This document shows positions 1 through 10,500 of a stretch of DNA of 64,000 bases, piece by piece. Location: positions 18,345 to 82,344 of the IMG/VR virus record IMGVR_UViG_3300032245_001520; one strand, written 5' to 3'. The translations under genes and the position numbers were made by a program. The DNA is from a virus. The stretch's first letter is position 1; every line of letters begins with the position of its first letter. Under the pieces are notes generated by a model. The model made no database searches. It had not been told where the DNA came from and saw only the letters and a program-made list of their open reading frames with translations.

Positions 1-128
1 CAGGCGACGACCGCAATCAACTGTCGGTCAGGGTGTGCCTTCTTAATGACTTGGGCGACGGCTGTAGCCAGAGTATTTTTCCCCAGCCCCCCTTGCACTT
101 GAAATACTACGTACTTGTTGTCTGACAT
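1..128 (-). CDS. Glycosyltransferase (GT9/heptosyltransferase-like), N-terminal fragment running off the window
   Basis: Hand translation from ATG at 128: MSDNKYVVFQVQGGLGKNTLATAVAQVIKKAHPDRQLIAVVA. The GGLG..L....V...K..HP pattern is typical of GT9-like N-termini. Confidence 0.6.
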   Translation of the reverse strand, partial: MSDNKYVVFQVQGGLGKNTLATAVAQVIKKAHPDRQLIAVVA

Positions 129-149
129 TGGTTTGAGTGCACTGAGTGT

Positions 150-177
150 ATTGTAGCGGTGGTGTGACAGTGTAAAC
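150..177 (-). promoter_or_regulatory. Class-2 promoter-like element GTTTAC-N16-TACAAT
   Basis: GTTTAC at 177-172 and TACAAT at 155-150, just upstream of the glycosyltransferase ATG; five similar elements occur elsewhere. Confidence 0.6.
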
Positions 178-2259
178 TCACGCGACAGTCACAATGATCA
201 TCGATGTACTGTTAGGGGGAGCAGTGGCAAAGGTTAGGGTACTTCCCGTGAAATTGTAATGAAGACCAGGCACCTGGGGAACCCCTCCAACAAACACAAG
301 AAGATTGTTCGCGGACGGTGAATATGGAACTCCACTAGAAGACATTCCAAACACAGTCGCAGTGCCATTGGGCGCGGGAGTCGTAGCGAGGAAGAGGAAG
401 GAGGGGTTGCCCGCAGCACCAGGTGCGCTGAGGATACCGTCTCCGTCGACGAACACCGTCGCGTTGTCCGGCCTCACGACGCCGACGGCAGTGGTCGTCG
501 CTGCGGTGATGCCGAGCGTCGGCGTGGTAACAGCGCCGGTCTTTGTCAAAGGTGCTGTGACCGAGACACTTTGCACTGCGGTACCAGTGGCAGCTGCTAT
601 GAGTTGACCCTGTGCGTTAACCGTAATGTTCGCGTTGGCATAAACACCAGGAGTTACGCCGCTGTTCGCCAACGAGATCGTGCCGGTGGACGTGATGGGT
701 CCGCCAGTCAGACCGGTGCCGGTGGCCACAGAGGTCACAGGTGTGTCACCGCTTGCCGCTGCTGTCAGACGACCTTGGGGGTCGACGGTGAACGACCCGT
801 ATGTGTAGTCACCAGCAGCGACTGCCGTATTCGCGAGAGAGACGGTGCCGACACTAATGATAGGACCGCCAGTCAGACCAGTGCCGGTGTTGACTCGGGT
901 GACGGTGCCCGTGCCGGTGCTAGCGCCATCGCATATCTGCGTGATGCGACCTTGCTGATCGACTGTTACGTCTGCATTGAGATAAGTGCCAGGGATGACT
1001 GTTGTGTCAGACAGGTAGACTGTGCCAACAGTTGTGATCGGACCACCCATGAGTCCGACGCCAGTGTCGATTTGAGTGACGGTGCCGTTGACTCCACACT
1101 GCGACCGCCATCCGACCTGACCGGTGACCTTATCGAGCAGGGTGAGGACCGACCCATTCTGGCCAGGGGCGATGCCCGGCGAGGTAGGGATTGGCCAGAT
1201 GTACGAGTTGTAGGAATATGGGTTGTTGGTGCGGACCACTTGGTCAGCACTAATGACGCCATCCGTTCCGATGCTAATGTTGGTGCCTGCCCGGACGCCA
1301 CCGAGGGTCGTGGCAGTCGGAGGGAGGAGACGGATCGTGCCGCTGGTCGTGATTAGATTGCCCGAGACCGGAGCGCCGAGTCCAGGACCCGCCTGAATGC
1401 TGGTGACGGTGCCGAGGTTGACGGACGACAACTCGCCCTGGGCAGTGATGTTGAGTCCGTTGCCGATGGAAACGGTGCCACGGGTGACTCGTGTGGCAGG
1501 GGCGACTGAGACGCCAGGGAATGTTTGGGTGGGCGAGAAGACGATGTCTCCTGCCATCGTACCACCTGCAAGAGGCAGTTTGGTGTTGGTGACAGCAAGA
1601 GCAGCGATGACTGAGTCTGCAACCGTCTTGACTGCCTTACTCGTCGCTGCTTGTGTCGAAGAACTGCTGTCGGTGGCGTCCGAGAGAGTTGTGAGACCGA
1701 ACGCACCGCCAGTCGTGGCGATCTTGTCGCGCAGGGTCAGAGGGGTGACAGCGAGACTGCCATTGTTGCCATCGACAACCTGCTGTGATGTGGCAAGTTG
1801 GATGACACCTCGACCACCAAGAGAGGCAGAGGGGACGTCGATCTGACCAGCATTGATCGTGAGCGACGGTCCGACACGGACGATACCCGCGATTGCGTTC
1901 GTGGCGACGTTGGCATTGAGGGTGACTGTTCCGCTGAGACCGCCACCGTTGAGTCCGGTGCCCGCGACGACCCCAGTGATGGTGCCGGTTCCGGGAGAGG
2001 CGACGGAGATGGTGCCATCGGGGGATATTTGGACATTCGCCCCCGCTTTAACTCCTCCGATTTGGCCAGCGAGAGGTGGCAGCAGACCGACAGTGCCTGT
2101 CGTTGCGATGGTGCCGCCAGACAAACCAGTGCCAAATGTGATCGAGGTGACAGTGCCGCCAGCGGTGGAGGCGACGTTGAGGTATCCTTCCTGGTCTACT
2201 GACAGTCCCGCACCCAACAGCAGGGTTCCTTGGGGCCAAGTTACGTTGAAAGCAGGCAT
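178..2259 (-). CDS. Tail fibre protein (G/T-rich repeats)
   Basis: Repeated GTVTxVxTGTGLTGGPITxxGTxSL and VDxQGRxT units, one fibre repeat (LSDATDSSSSTQAATSKAVK) and a C-terminal LLVFVGGVPQVPG module. Confidence 0.8.
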   Translation of the reverse strand: MPAFNVTWPQGTLLLGAGLSVDQEGYLNVASTAGGTVTSITFGTGLSGGTIATTGTVGLLPPLAGQIGGVKAGANVQISPDGTISVASPGTGTITGVVAGTGLNGGGLSGTVTLNANVATNAIAGIVRVGPSLTINAGQIDVPSASLGGRGVIQLATSQQVVDGNNGSLAVTPLTLRDKIATTGGAFGLTTLSDATDSSSSTQAATSKAVKTVADSVIAALAVTNTKLPLAGGTMAGDIVFSPTQTFPGVSVAPATRVTRGTVSIGNGLNITAQGELSSVNLGTVTSIQAGPGLGAPVSGNLITTSGTIRLLPPTATTLGGVRAGTNISIGTDGVISADQVVRTNNPYSYNSYIWPIPTSPGIAPGQNGSVLTLLDKVTGQVGWRSQCGVNGTVTQIDTGVGLMGGPITTVGTVYLSDTTVIPGTYLNADVTVDQQGRITQICDGASTGTGTVTRVNTGTGLTGGPIISVGTVSLANTAVAAGDYTYGSFTVDPQGRLTAAASGDTPVTSVATGTGLTGGPITSTGTISLANSGVTPGVYANANITVNAQGQLIAAATGTAVQSVSVTAPLTKTGAVTTPTLGITAATTTAVGVVRPDNATVFVDGDGILSAPGAAGNPSFLFLATTPAPNGTATVFGMSSSGVPYSPSANNLLVFVGGVPQVPGLHYNFTGSTLTFATAPPNSTSMIIVTVA

Positions 2260-2286
2260 TTACTGAGACGGCGACCTTCTTAAAGT

Positions 2287-2296
2287 GGTTTTACCC
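2287..2296 (-). promoter_or_regulatory. Putative late promoter GGGTAAAACC (representative of 21 copies)
   Basis: Copies start at 2287, 7510, 12527, 14851, 16618, 17019, 21063, 23371, 25238, 26399, 26658, 34126, 37152, 37890, 44264, 45829, 47649, 50233, 55622, 60389 and 63504. All are on the same strand and about 15-55 nt upstream of a start codon. Confidence 0.8.
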
Positions 2297-2321
2297 TCGT
2301 TCTTGTGGGGAGGACCCTTTG

Positions 2322-3440
2322 TCAGATCGTTACGTCACCCCAGACTCGCGCACCTGTAACGATTGTGACATTGACAATCCTGCCGTTCTTTTCGATAGCT
2401 GACCCTCCAGCGCCGCCACGCGCAAGTACCGCGCCAGCTACAAAGTTAGAGTTTTGGCAGTTCCCCCCTGAAGCACCCCAACCACCTCCGCCAGCGGCAC
2501 CCTGTTTTGTGCCTGTACCTGCGTATCCCGTGTTAGGCCCCGCGTTGTTCTGCTGTCCGCCGACACCGCCTGCATAAGCTGAACCTAGAATCACAAATTG
2601 ACCACCCCACGCGCCCGCACCTGCTGAGGAGTACAGAGATCCTACGGGGTTGATTAAGTTGTCGCCAGGCAGTATCGTACCCCCCATACCGCCGGAGTAC
2701 TTGCGGTTATCCGGTGTGTCTCCTTGAGGGGGACCGAAAGAAGGGGTGGGGGTAGGGATTGTTGTTACCGGGTTGGGACCTCCCCCGATGCCAAAACCTG
2801 CTCCGCCTCCTCCTCCGCCTGACGCGATGGAGACTAGACTAGTCTGCCCACTGGCAGCTCCACCTCCGCCACCTCCGCAAATGTACCCCGGTGTGCCATT
2901 GGTGACAGAGATATTTACACTGCACGGAACGTAGACGTTGGTTTCAAACCTCAACGCTGGCCCACCCCTGGCCCCGTTCCTGAAAAGAGGGTCGTTGCTC
3001 TGAGACCCGCCAGTACCCCCCTTGCCTAGGAGTGCTCCAGCCACGTCCATCACGAAAGAGTCTTTCCAGTAGGTGTTGTTGTAGGCTTGGCCTCCTGCAA
3101 TTGTGAGTGCGGCGGTGGTAGTGAACCTTGAGAATATGTAGGTAGAGCGGGGCACTGTAACAACGAAGGCAGTCCGGCCACGAATAATGGCCGCGCTGTT
3201 CATATCGAACGTATAGTTGGTTGTCTGGGTTTGACTTAACAGGTTCACGGATTTTGTAAATATCCAACTTGAACCTAACCACTGAGAAGCAGAGACTGAG
3301 GCGGAGTTTTGAGCAGGGAACTCCTCAAATAGCGCTAGAGAGATGGACTCAGGGGAACCCCAGTTGAAGTTGACGCGAGACATCCCTATTTCGTTGGCGA
3401 CGTCTAGAGCGGAGATTGGGCCGGTTGAGGGAAGTGCCAT
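2322..3440 (-). CDS. Glycine-rich tail-tip adhesin (T-even gp38-like architecture)
   Basis: N-terminal MALPSTGPISALDVANEIG and several GGGGG / GKGGxGG glycine-rich motifs; lies directly after a long fibre gene. Confidence 0.65.
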   Translation of the reverse strand: MALPSTGPISALDVANEIGMSRVNFNWGSPESISLALFEEFPAQNSASVSASQWLGSSWIFTKSVNLLSQTQTTNYTFDMNSAAIIRGRTAFVVTVPRSTYIFSRFTTTAALTIAGGQAYNNTYWKDSFVMDVAGALLGKGGTGGSQSNDPLFRNGARGGPALRFETNVYVPCSVNISVTNGTPGYICGGGGGGAASGQTSLVSIASGGGGGGAGFGIGGGPNPVTTIPTPTPSFGPPQGDTPDNRKYSGGMGGTILPGDNLINPVGSLYSSAGAGAWGGQFVILGSAYAGGVGGQQNNAGPNTGYAGTGTKQGAAGGGGWGASGGNCQNSNFVAGAVLARGGAGGSAIEKNGRIVNVTIVTGARVWGDVTI

Positions 3441-3448
3441 AGCTAGGG

Positions 3449-6400
3449 TCAGGGCAGGGTGGCGAAAGCAGTGATGTTTCCACGAACTTGAAGGTCGCCT
3501 GTGTTGGTGAGACGCATCAGAACGGAAGCGTTACCAACGAGTCTGAAGTCGAGGTTTGTACCGTTTTCGCGAATCCACCAGTTGCCGAACACACCGTCAA
3601 GTTTCCAGGCGACACCTGCAGCACCTGCGGACCCGAGAACGTAACCTGCTCCGCCATTGGAGAGGTTGCAGTCAATGATGCCAGCGCCAAACTGGACGGA
3701 CTTGTCTGTGTTACCCCGAATCCAGTAGTTGGTACCGTATCCGATGGCCATCTGACCGCTGGCAGTGGGGGAAGGTGCTTGGACGTTCGGTCCGATGAGA
3801 ACGTTGTTGCTTCCGGTAGTCAGGGTGCTGCCAGCGTTAAGACCGACTGCCACGTTACATCCGCCAGTGGTGGTAGCAAGTGCCGTTGCGCCGATGGCCA
3901 CGTTACCAGCAGCTCCTGTGCTTCCGCCGCACATCGAATTGTAACCCAGGGCAACGTTGAAGTTGCCGGGGGCGCCGACGGAGAGGGCGGCGTTGCCGAT
4001 CGCGACGTTACCGTTGGAGACTCCACCAGACTTCAGAGCCCCGTCCCCCAGTGCGGTGTTGTTGGAACCAGTCGTGACTTGGAATCCTGCACACTGGCCG
4101 ATGAGGGTGTTGAAATTAGCGACGGTAAGGCATTGGCCGGCGAATCCCCCAAGGGCAGTGTTGACTCCATTGATCGCTGAGGCTAGGGCACAGTTGCCAA
4201 CGGCCACGCTGTTGTTGAGACTTCCGCCAAGAACCGTCCCACTGAGGGCGCTGGCTCCGACCGCGACGACCCCGTTGGAAGTGGCAACACATTGCCCGGC
4301 AAGGGCGCCAACGGCGGTGTTTCTCTCTCCGTTGCTGGAGCGAAGAGTGCAGGTGCCGACCGAAGTGTTGTTCGAGACCAGAGCGCCGACGTTCTGAGCG
4401 CAGTAACCTACAGCGGTGTTGTTAAGGGAACCCGAACCACTGGAGAGGTTCTGAAGGGCGGCGAAACCAATACCCGTGTTGGATACTGAAGTAGAGTTGT
4501 TGTTCCCGGCGCACTGGCCGAGATAGGTCGGACCGCCAACGCATGTCTTGGCGAAGACCGTTCCGGCAACGACCGGAGTAGCGGCGGAGGTGGCTACCGA
4601 CCCCCAAGCTGTGCCGGTGCCTGTGCTCGTGAGTGCCTGACCTGATGTGCCGAGGTTACCAGCGGTGTCCCTCAGACCTTTGACGATCTGAACATTGAAA
4701 CCGGAGTCGCCCTTGATCCAGGTGCCAGAGGTGACCCAATCGTTGGACCCGATGACCAGTTGGAGGGATCCAGCAGCATCGTCGACTTGAGTGCAAGCAC
4801 CAATGACAACGTTGCCACAACCGGTCGTGACGTTGCGTCCGGAGGCATGACCTAAGAAGGTGTTATGGCGACCAGTCGTAAGAGTGAGACCAGATTGGCA
4901 ACCGACAGCAACGTTGCGACATGCCTGACCTGCACCGTTCAGAACAGGCAGAGCACAGAAACCAACGGCAACGTTGCCGGGGTCGTTAGCGGTCATGGCA
5001 GACAGTGAGAAACCGCCGATGGCCGTGTTCCCGGAAGAAGATGTGCTAACCTGAAGAGCAGATATTCCGATGGCAACGTTGTCCGACCCCCCGACCAAGA
5101 GGTTGCCGGCACAGTACCCGTTGACAGTGTTTCGCGTGCCGGTCCGCAAGGAACTCAGAGCATTCTGGCCGATAGCCGTGTTGAGGGTGCCGGTCGTTAC
5201 AGAGGCCAGGGCGCAGTTGCCAAACGCGGTGGTGCCGTTTGCCGCGTCACTCGTGCAACCAAAGACGATGCCTGCGACTGTCGGTGTGGCCGATGGGACC
5301 GACTGAGCACCGGCAGAGATGACGCCGGTCGGACTAACTGTGATGGTCGTGCCATCGACGCACACACCACCGAGGACGGTGGTCGTGGCGAAAGGAAGAA
5401 CGTAGGCACCAACCCCGTTGACCCAGGTGAGACCACCCGACCCATTGCGAGAAAGGTACTGGCCAGTCGCACCAGTGTTGCCGCCGGAGTCGAGAATGGT
5501 GTTGGCGAACTGGACCGCGCCAGTCGAGTTTCCACGGATCCAGGTAACGTTGTTGGAACCGATCGCGAGTTGCTGGTTGCCCGCAGGGAGAGTGACGTTT
5601 GTTTGGGGTCCAATGATGACGTTGCACGACCCGGAAGTTAGACCGTATCCGGCACAGAAACCGACGGCGACGTTGGTTGAACCTGTCGCAGACCCCGAAA
5701 CATCGCCAATAGCCAGGTAACCTAGGGTAGTGTTGTTACTTCCAACTCCCAGCCCTAGTCCGGAACAAGAACCCACAGTTGTGTTTCCGGACGAGTTTGA
5801 AGCGATCCCTGACCCGGAAGTGAACCCTAGGAAGGTGTTGTTGCATCCGCCCACGACAGATTCACCTGCGGACTCGCCTAGGGCAGTGTTGGAGGAACCA
5901 GTGGATCTACGCAGGGCGCACATTCCGACTGCGGTGTTGCGGGTTCCTGTCACCACGCTGCAGAGACTGTTGTAACCCACCGCAGTGTTGTTCGCGCCAG
6001 CGGCGAGACTTCCTAAGGCGTTGAATCCGACAGATGTCGCGAAGGAAGGAGCGTTGAGGGAGCACCCGTACACCAAACCGAAGTTGGTCGGAGTGGCAGG
6101 CGTAGCGACGGGAACGCTACCCCAAATGACCCCGTCTCCTGAGGATGCCAGCACTTGACCAGCGGTGCCAATAAGTCCGTTGCAGTCGATCAGACCAGCG
6201 CCGAGGGCCACGTTGCGGTTTTCATCTCCGCGAAGCCAGTAGTTGGGACCGCCTAAATCGCTGTTTCCGATGACCAGTTCGTTGCTAACTGTAGGAGAAC
6301 TGGTCTCCACACCGTATCCGATCAGAACATTACCACATCCGGCAGTGTTGTTCTGCCCTGCGTTTAAACCTAGAAAGATATTTCCGATCCCCTCGGTGAA

Positions 6401-6958
6401 CGAGAGTGCAGCCTCGGAACCAATCGCAATGTTTCCTCCTGAAACGCCTACGTTATTGCCCGACAGAGCATTGTAACCGATAGCGACGGACCGCTGCTCA
6501 TCTGTCTTGCTCCCCATTGCGAGGACGCCAATGGCAACGTTGTGGTCGCCCACCATCGGGGTGGCACCGCCACCTGAGTCAGCCCCCAGGAAGGTGTTCT
6601 CAAAGGGGCTGCCATTAGGGTCTGTATGAGCGAAAACGATGCCAGGCACGACTGTGCTGGCAAAAGGCGCTCCTGCGGGCTGCCAGTTTGCTCCGTCCCA
6701 AATAAGGGTATTTTTGGCATCGGGATTGTACCAAAGCTCGCCCAGTGCGTTGCCCGGTGACCCAGTTCCGGCAGTGTTAGGCGCATTGTCTCCAACGAAA
6801 GCAGCGCCGACTTTCTGCAGTGTGCCCGCAGCGTTCTTGAAGTACACACCGCTGTCGGCAGTGCTGTAGTTCAGTGCGAGTTCGCCGAATGACAAATCGG
6901 TGGAAAAAGGTCGTTTCCCGTTGACGGACGACTTCTTGAGAGTGATTGTGATGGCCAT
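3449..6958 (-). CDS. Long tail fibre with YadA-head-like NxAxGxxAL repeats
   Basis: Shared N-terminal LKKSSV..KRP..GELALN domain; four blocks of NTAVG/NVAIG repeats separated by ATP..AG.VFG linkers. Confidence 0.8.
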   Translation of the reverse strand: MAITITLKKSSVNGKRPFSTDLSFGELALNYSTADSGVYFKNAAGTLQKVGAAFVGDNAPNTAGTGSPGNALGELWYNPDAKNTLIWDGANWQPAGAPFASTVVPGIVFAHTDPNGSPFENTFLGADSGGGATPMVGDHNVAIGVLAMGSKTDEQRSVAIGYNALSGNNVGVSGGNIAIGSEAALSFTEGIGNIFLGLNAGQNNTAGCGNVLIGYGVETSSPTVSNELVIGNSDLGGPNYWLRGDENRNVALGAGLIDCNGLIGTAGQVLASSGDGVIWGSVPVATPATPTNFGLVYGCSLNAPSFATSVGFNALGSLAAGANNTAVGYNSLCSVVTGTRNTAVGMCALRRSTGSSNTALGESAGESVVGGCNNTFLGFTSGSGIASNSSGNTTVGSCSGLGLGVGSNNTTLGYLAIGDVSGSATGSTNVAVGFCAGYGLTSGSCNVIIGPQTNVTLPAGNQQLAIGSNNVTWIRGNSTGAVQFANTILDSGGNTGATGQYLSRNGSGGLTWVNGVGAYVLPFATTTVLGGVCVDGTTITVSPTGVISAGAQSVPSATPTVAGIVFGCTSDAANGTTAFGNCALASVTTGTLNTAIGQNALSSLRTGTRNTVNGYCAGNLLVGGSDNVAIGISALQVSTSSSGNTAIGGFSLSAMTANDPGNVAVGFCALPVLNGAGQACRNVAVGCQSGLTLTTGRHNTFLGHASGRNVTTGCGNVVIGACTQVDDAAGSLQLVIGSNDWVTSGTWIKGDSGFNVQIVKGLRDTAGNLGTSGQALTSTGTGTAWGSVATSAATPVVAGTVFAKTCVGGPTYLGQCAGNNNSTSVSNTGIGFAALQNLSSGSGSLNNTAVGYCAQNVGALVSNNTSVGTCTLRSSNGERNTAVGALAGQCVATSNGVVAVGASALSGTVLGGSLNNSVAVGNCALASAINGVNTALGGFAGQCLTVANFNTLIGQCAGFQVTTGSNNTALGDGALKSGGVSNGNVAIGNAALSVGAPGNFNVALGYNSMCGGSTGAAGNVAIGATALATTTGGCNVAVGLNAGSTLTTGSNNVLIGPNVQAPSPTASGQMAIGYGTNYWIRGNTDKSVQFGAGIIDCNLSNGGAGYVLGSAGAAGVAWKLDGVFGNWWIRENGTNLDFRLVGNASVLMRLTNTGDLQVRGNITAFATLP

Positions 6959-6996
6959 GTTCGCCTATAGAGACAGGAGGGACGTCGGGGGGACCA

Positions 6997-7458
6997 TTAA
7001 GAAATGGTGGCGGAAGAGGTTTGCACCCACTGCGTATTATACAGCACATAGAGCAAACCCGTGGCGGTATTAAACCACATGGTGCCGTTCACATAGTTCG
7101 CAGCATTGGGTGTGGTGTCTTGGGTTAGTGCCTGCGCATACTGGGGCATGGCAAACACGAAATTGCTACCATCAAACACTCGCAGTTTGGGTACAGTTTC
7201 CGAAGTGTCTAACCACAACTCACCCTTGGTGTTTCCAAGGTCTCCAGGAGCACTCGCTCCGGTGTTGGGGGCAGTGGTGCCAACAGAGCACGGTCCCACC
7301 TTGAAAAGTGTCGTACCAGTGTCATCTGCGAAGAATAACCCTGGTTGTCCGGCATTGGTGTTGATCGCTCCTTGACCCGGAAGAAGTAGAGCAGCGATGG
7401 GTCGTTTATTGAGAACGCTGCTCCTTAATAGCTGAACCGGGGTGACTTGTGTTGCCAT
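6997..7458 (-). CDS. Small fibre-associated protein (shared N-terminal domain plus short tail)
   Basis: LLRSSVLNKRP...PGLFF...KVGP...GELWLDT. Confidence 0.7.
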   Translation of the reverse strand: MATQVTPVQLLRSSVLNKRPIAALLLPGQGAINTNAGQPGLFFADDTGTTLFKVGPCSVGTTAPNTGASAPGDLGNTKGELWLDTSETVPKLRVFDGSNFVFAMPQYAQALTQDTTPNAANYVNGTMWFNTATGLLYVLYNTQWVQTSSATIS

Positions 7459-7528
7459 GAGTGACTAGACGTCGGGGGTAGACCCCTGTAGACCAGAGGT
7501 TGTGTAAGTGGTTTTACCCCGACCGTTG

Positions 7529-10500
7529 TCAATCCAGCAACCCTTCATCGATGACGTCGATACTACCGTCGCTTCTCTGCGTCACGCCATCTCCCGCCAG
7601 CAAAACATACTGAGTGACAAGACCTTCAGATTGTGTGGCAGCGCAAGCGATAAACTCGGCAGCAGTGACCACCCGGATGTTGCAAGTCGTCAGTGCCTGC
7701 GGCGGTTCTGAGAACTGAATGCCCAGGGTGCCCGTCGCAAGATTGGGAACGACTCGGTAGGAGATGGAGTTGGGATCCAGAGTGCTCGCCTTGGACGGAG
7801 TTTGCAGGACACCACCCAGGTTGACGAACAGGTTCTCCGCATTGACGATGGTCGCGTCAACTGGTTTGCCACCGATGATCAGATCAAAAGTGACCTTAAC
7901 CCCATTGAACTGCGGGGAGATATCGTCTAGATTCTGCACGTAGACCGAAGTTGCCTCGCGAGACCGGTACCCTGCGCCAGACAAGATGGCGCGATAGTCG
8001 TACGAGGTGCCCAGGGCAGGCGACTCGCCCAGATAGCTGAGTTGGGTGACCTTCGTGGTCGACACGAACACCTGCTGCACCTGGTACGAGGCATCTCCCT
8101 GAAAGTCACCAGTGGGAATCTGCCCGACACCACTGAGGAATGCGAACAGATCCTTGCTCTTGAGAGTGATCTCGGTCGGAGATAATGTGAACAGCGAAGT
8201 TGTGCCATCGATCTCTGGGATAGCGGACAGAGTCACAACCTCGAGTGTCGTCTCGTTGTCCTCCGATGTGACAACACGGATGTCGCAGATGGCGCCGATC
8301 GCAGGTGGCGATGTGAATAGGATCTTCGGTTGGACCACACCGTCTTGAATCACCAGACTGTAGGCAGTGCCAGGTTTCTGTACGACACCACCGAGGTTGA
8401 CGAACAGGTTTGACCCGTTCTCGAGCAACTGGGTGGAGGGCAGGTTGTACCCTTCCCGTTTCAGGTCAAACTCAACTTTCGTCCCATCAAACTCGCTCGA
8501 GATGTTGTCGGTGGAGTACACCAGAATAGGTGCAGGGTACTGAGTCGGTGATGGGGGCAGGTAGACCAGTCGGTTGGCAGGGTTGTTGCTGGGATTCTCG
8601 TTCTGATAGAAGTTGCCAGTGACTGCCTCGCGAACGGGACCGTACAGAACGGTGGATCCGTAGTCGTTGACACCGGCGACGACCAGGCGACCACCCCAGA
8701 CGGAGGTGGCGTAGTAGTCGAACAGCAACTTGCGCGAAATGTCGTTGGTCTGATACTTGAGGAGACCACGCGAGGGATTGTAGTATCCGCAGTACTGCCA
8801 GGTGTGAGTGTTGGACAGAACCTGAGATGGCTGGTTGAACTCAATCGGCCAGGGCGATGTGAAGGCGGCATAGCCATTGATGGGAGACAGTCGGATGCTC
8901 TCGATAGGCAGGACTCGATCGCCCCAGTACTGGGGTTGCAGGTAGGTTTTCATCAGTTCGGCACTGTATCCCATCACCTCGAAAAATCGGTACATCGTCG
9001 ACTTCGTGATGGACCAGAACGGGTCGTACACGGTCGGTTCCGGTGTGTTCGTCTCCTCGCACAGTGTGACAGTCGTGCCCTTTGGCCACTGCTCGGGTGT
9101 GAACGTTCCGTTGTCGGAGTTGAAGACGCCAGGGTTGTACTCGGGATAGTAGTTGCGGATGGCACGCACGTTGCTCGACACAACATTGACGATGCGCACA
9201 TACTCGGTGGTCGCCACATCCGGGTGAGAGAGTTGGGCGACGATCAGACCCTCTTTGGGGTCGCCGATGCCTAGGACGGAGAGGACGTCGAGTTCGATGA
9301 TCGCAGGGCGACCGCGAGTCGCACCGCTATCGCTGGGGAGAGACATCGCCTGATACGTCTGAACCGTGCGCGAGACAGTCAGAGTGGCAGTGGAGACGGG
9401 AGTCAGACGTCGCTTGTAGATGATGCCGAGACCGGATGACCCATCGTCACCGTCGTACACATTCTGAGCACCGAATTGGGTGATCGGAGGTGTGGCACCT
9501 CGCATGAATGTCAGATTCGGTTGCTGGGCGAGGTATCCGGTGTAAGTCGGGTAAAGAGTGGGTTGGACGTATCCGAGGTAGGAGTCGGTAATTGGTTCTT
9601 GTCGCAAGGTGACACTCGTTGTGACAAATGGCGAGTCGACCTTGTTCGGAGAGACCTTGGTGGGTCCGTTGAGAGTAGTGAAGTTGGTTTGGTAGTAGAG
9701 TGTGTTCCAGATGTTGTTCTCTGCCGCGAAGTAGTTGCGATTCTGATAGGTGAAGTACGAACCGGCAGCGGAGTTGAATGCAGTCTGCCCATTGGTGTTG
9801 AACCCCAACTCGGTAAAGTTGGCAGACTGGACCCAGGGGGCACTGCCGTCGACGAGTGTGGCGTAGACGTTGTACGTCGTGCTCTGCGTGGCGTCGGCGA
9901 CCTTGTTGTTGAAGTTGGCTGAGAGACCGGAGACTGTCGGTGAAGACCCGACCACCGAGAAAGTCTGAGAGACGCCACCGTTGATGCCAGGGTCAAACTG
10001 GTACCCTCGCTTGAGGGTGTTTGACAGGTTCTGACCTGTCTGGTTGAGTCGGAGGACGGAACCGTACTGGGGTGCGAGCGATGTCGGGTTGGTCGAGGAC
10101 ACGAAGAACCCGTAGGACCGTTGCTCCTGCGACCGAGGGTCGATAAACCGACGAATGTACGGAGTGTCAAAACCGGAGGTGTCGTTGGAGTACTGGTCGC
10201 CCATCGGAATGCGCGAGTCAGACAGTCGCAGACGGAGAACACCACCACCGTTGTAGGTCGGGTCGGAGAGGATGGCTGTGGGAGAACCGTCGGTGACGAA
10301 GAATCCCTGGTACGAGCAGTCAGGGTCGGCGATGTACAGAGCGCTGCCAGGGGCGAGAGAGAAGGGCAGGATGCTCTCGGGATTGAAGGGGTGGCTGAGC
10401 ACCACGAGTTGAACCGAGGAGTCGGTAGGGTCTTGAACCACCCGGACCACCTTGCTTCCCAAGTTGAGGATGCGTTTCTGCTCGTTCGACTTGACCTCTT

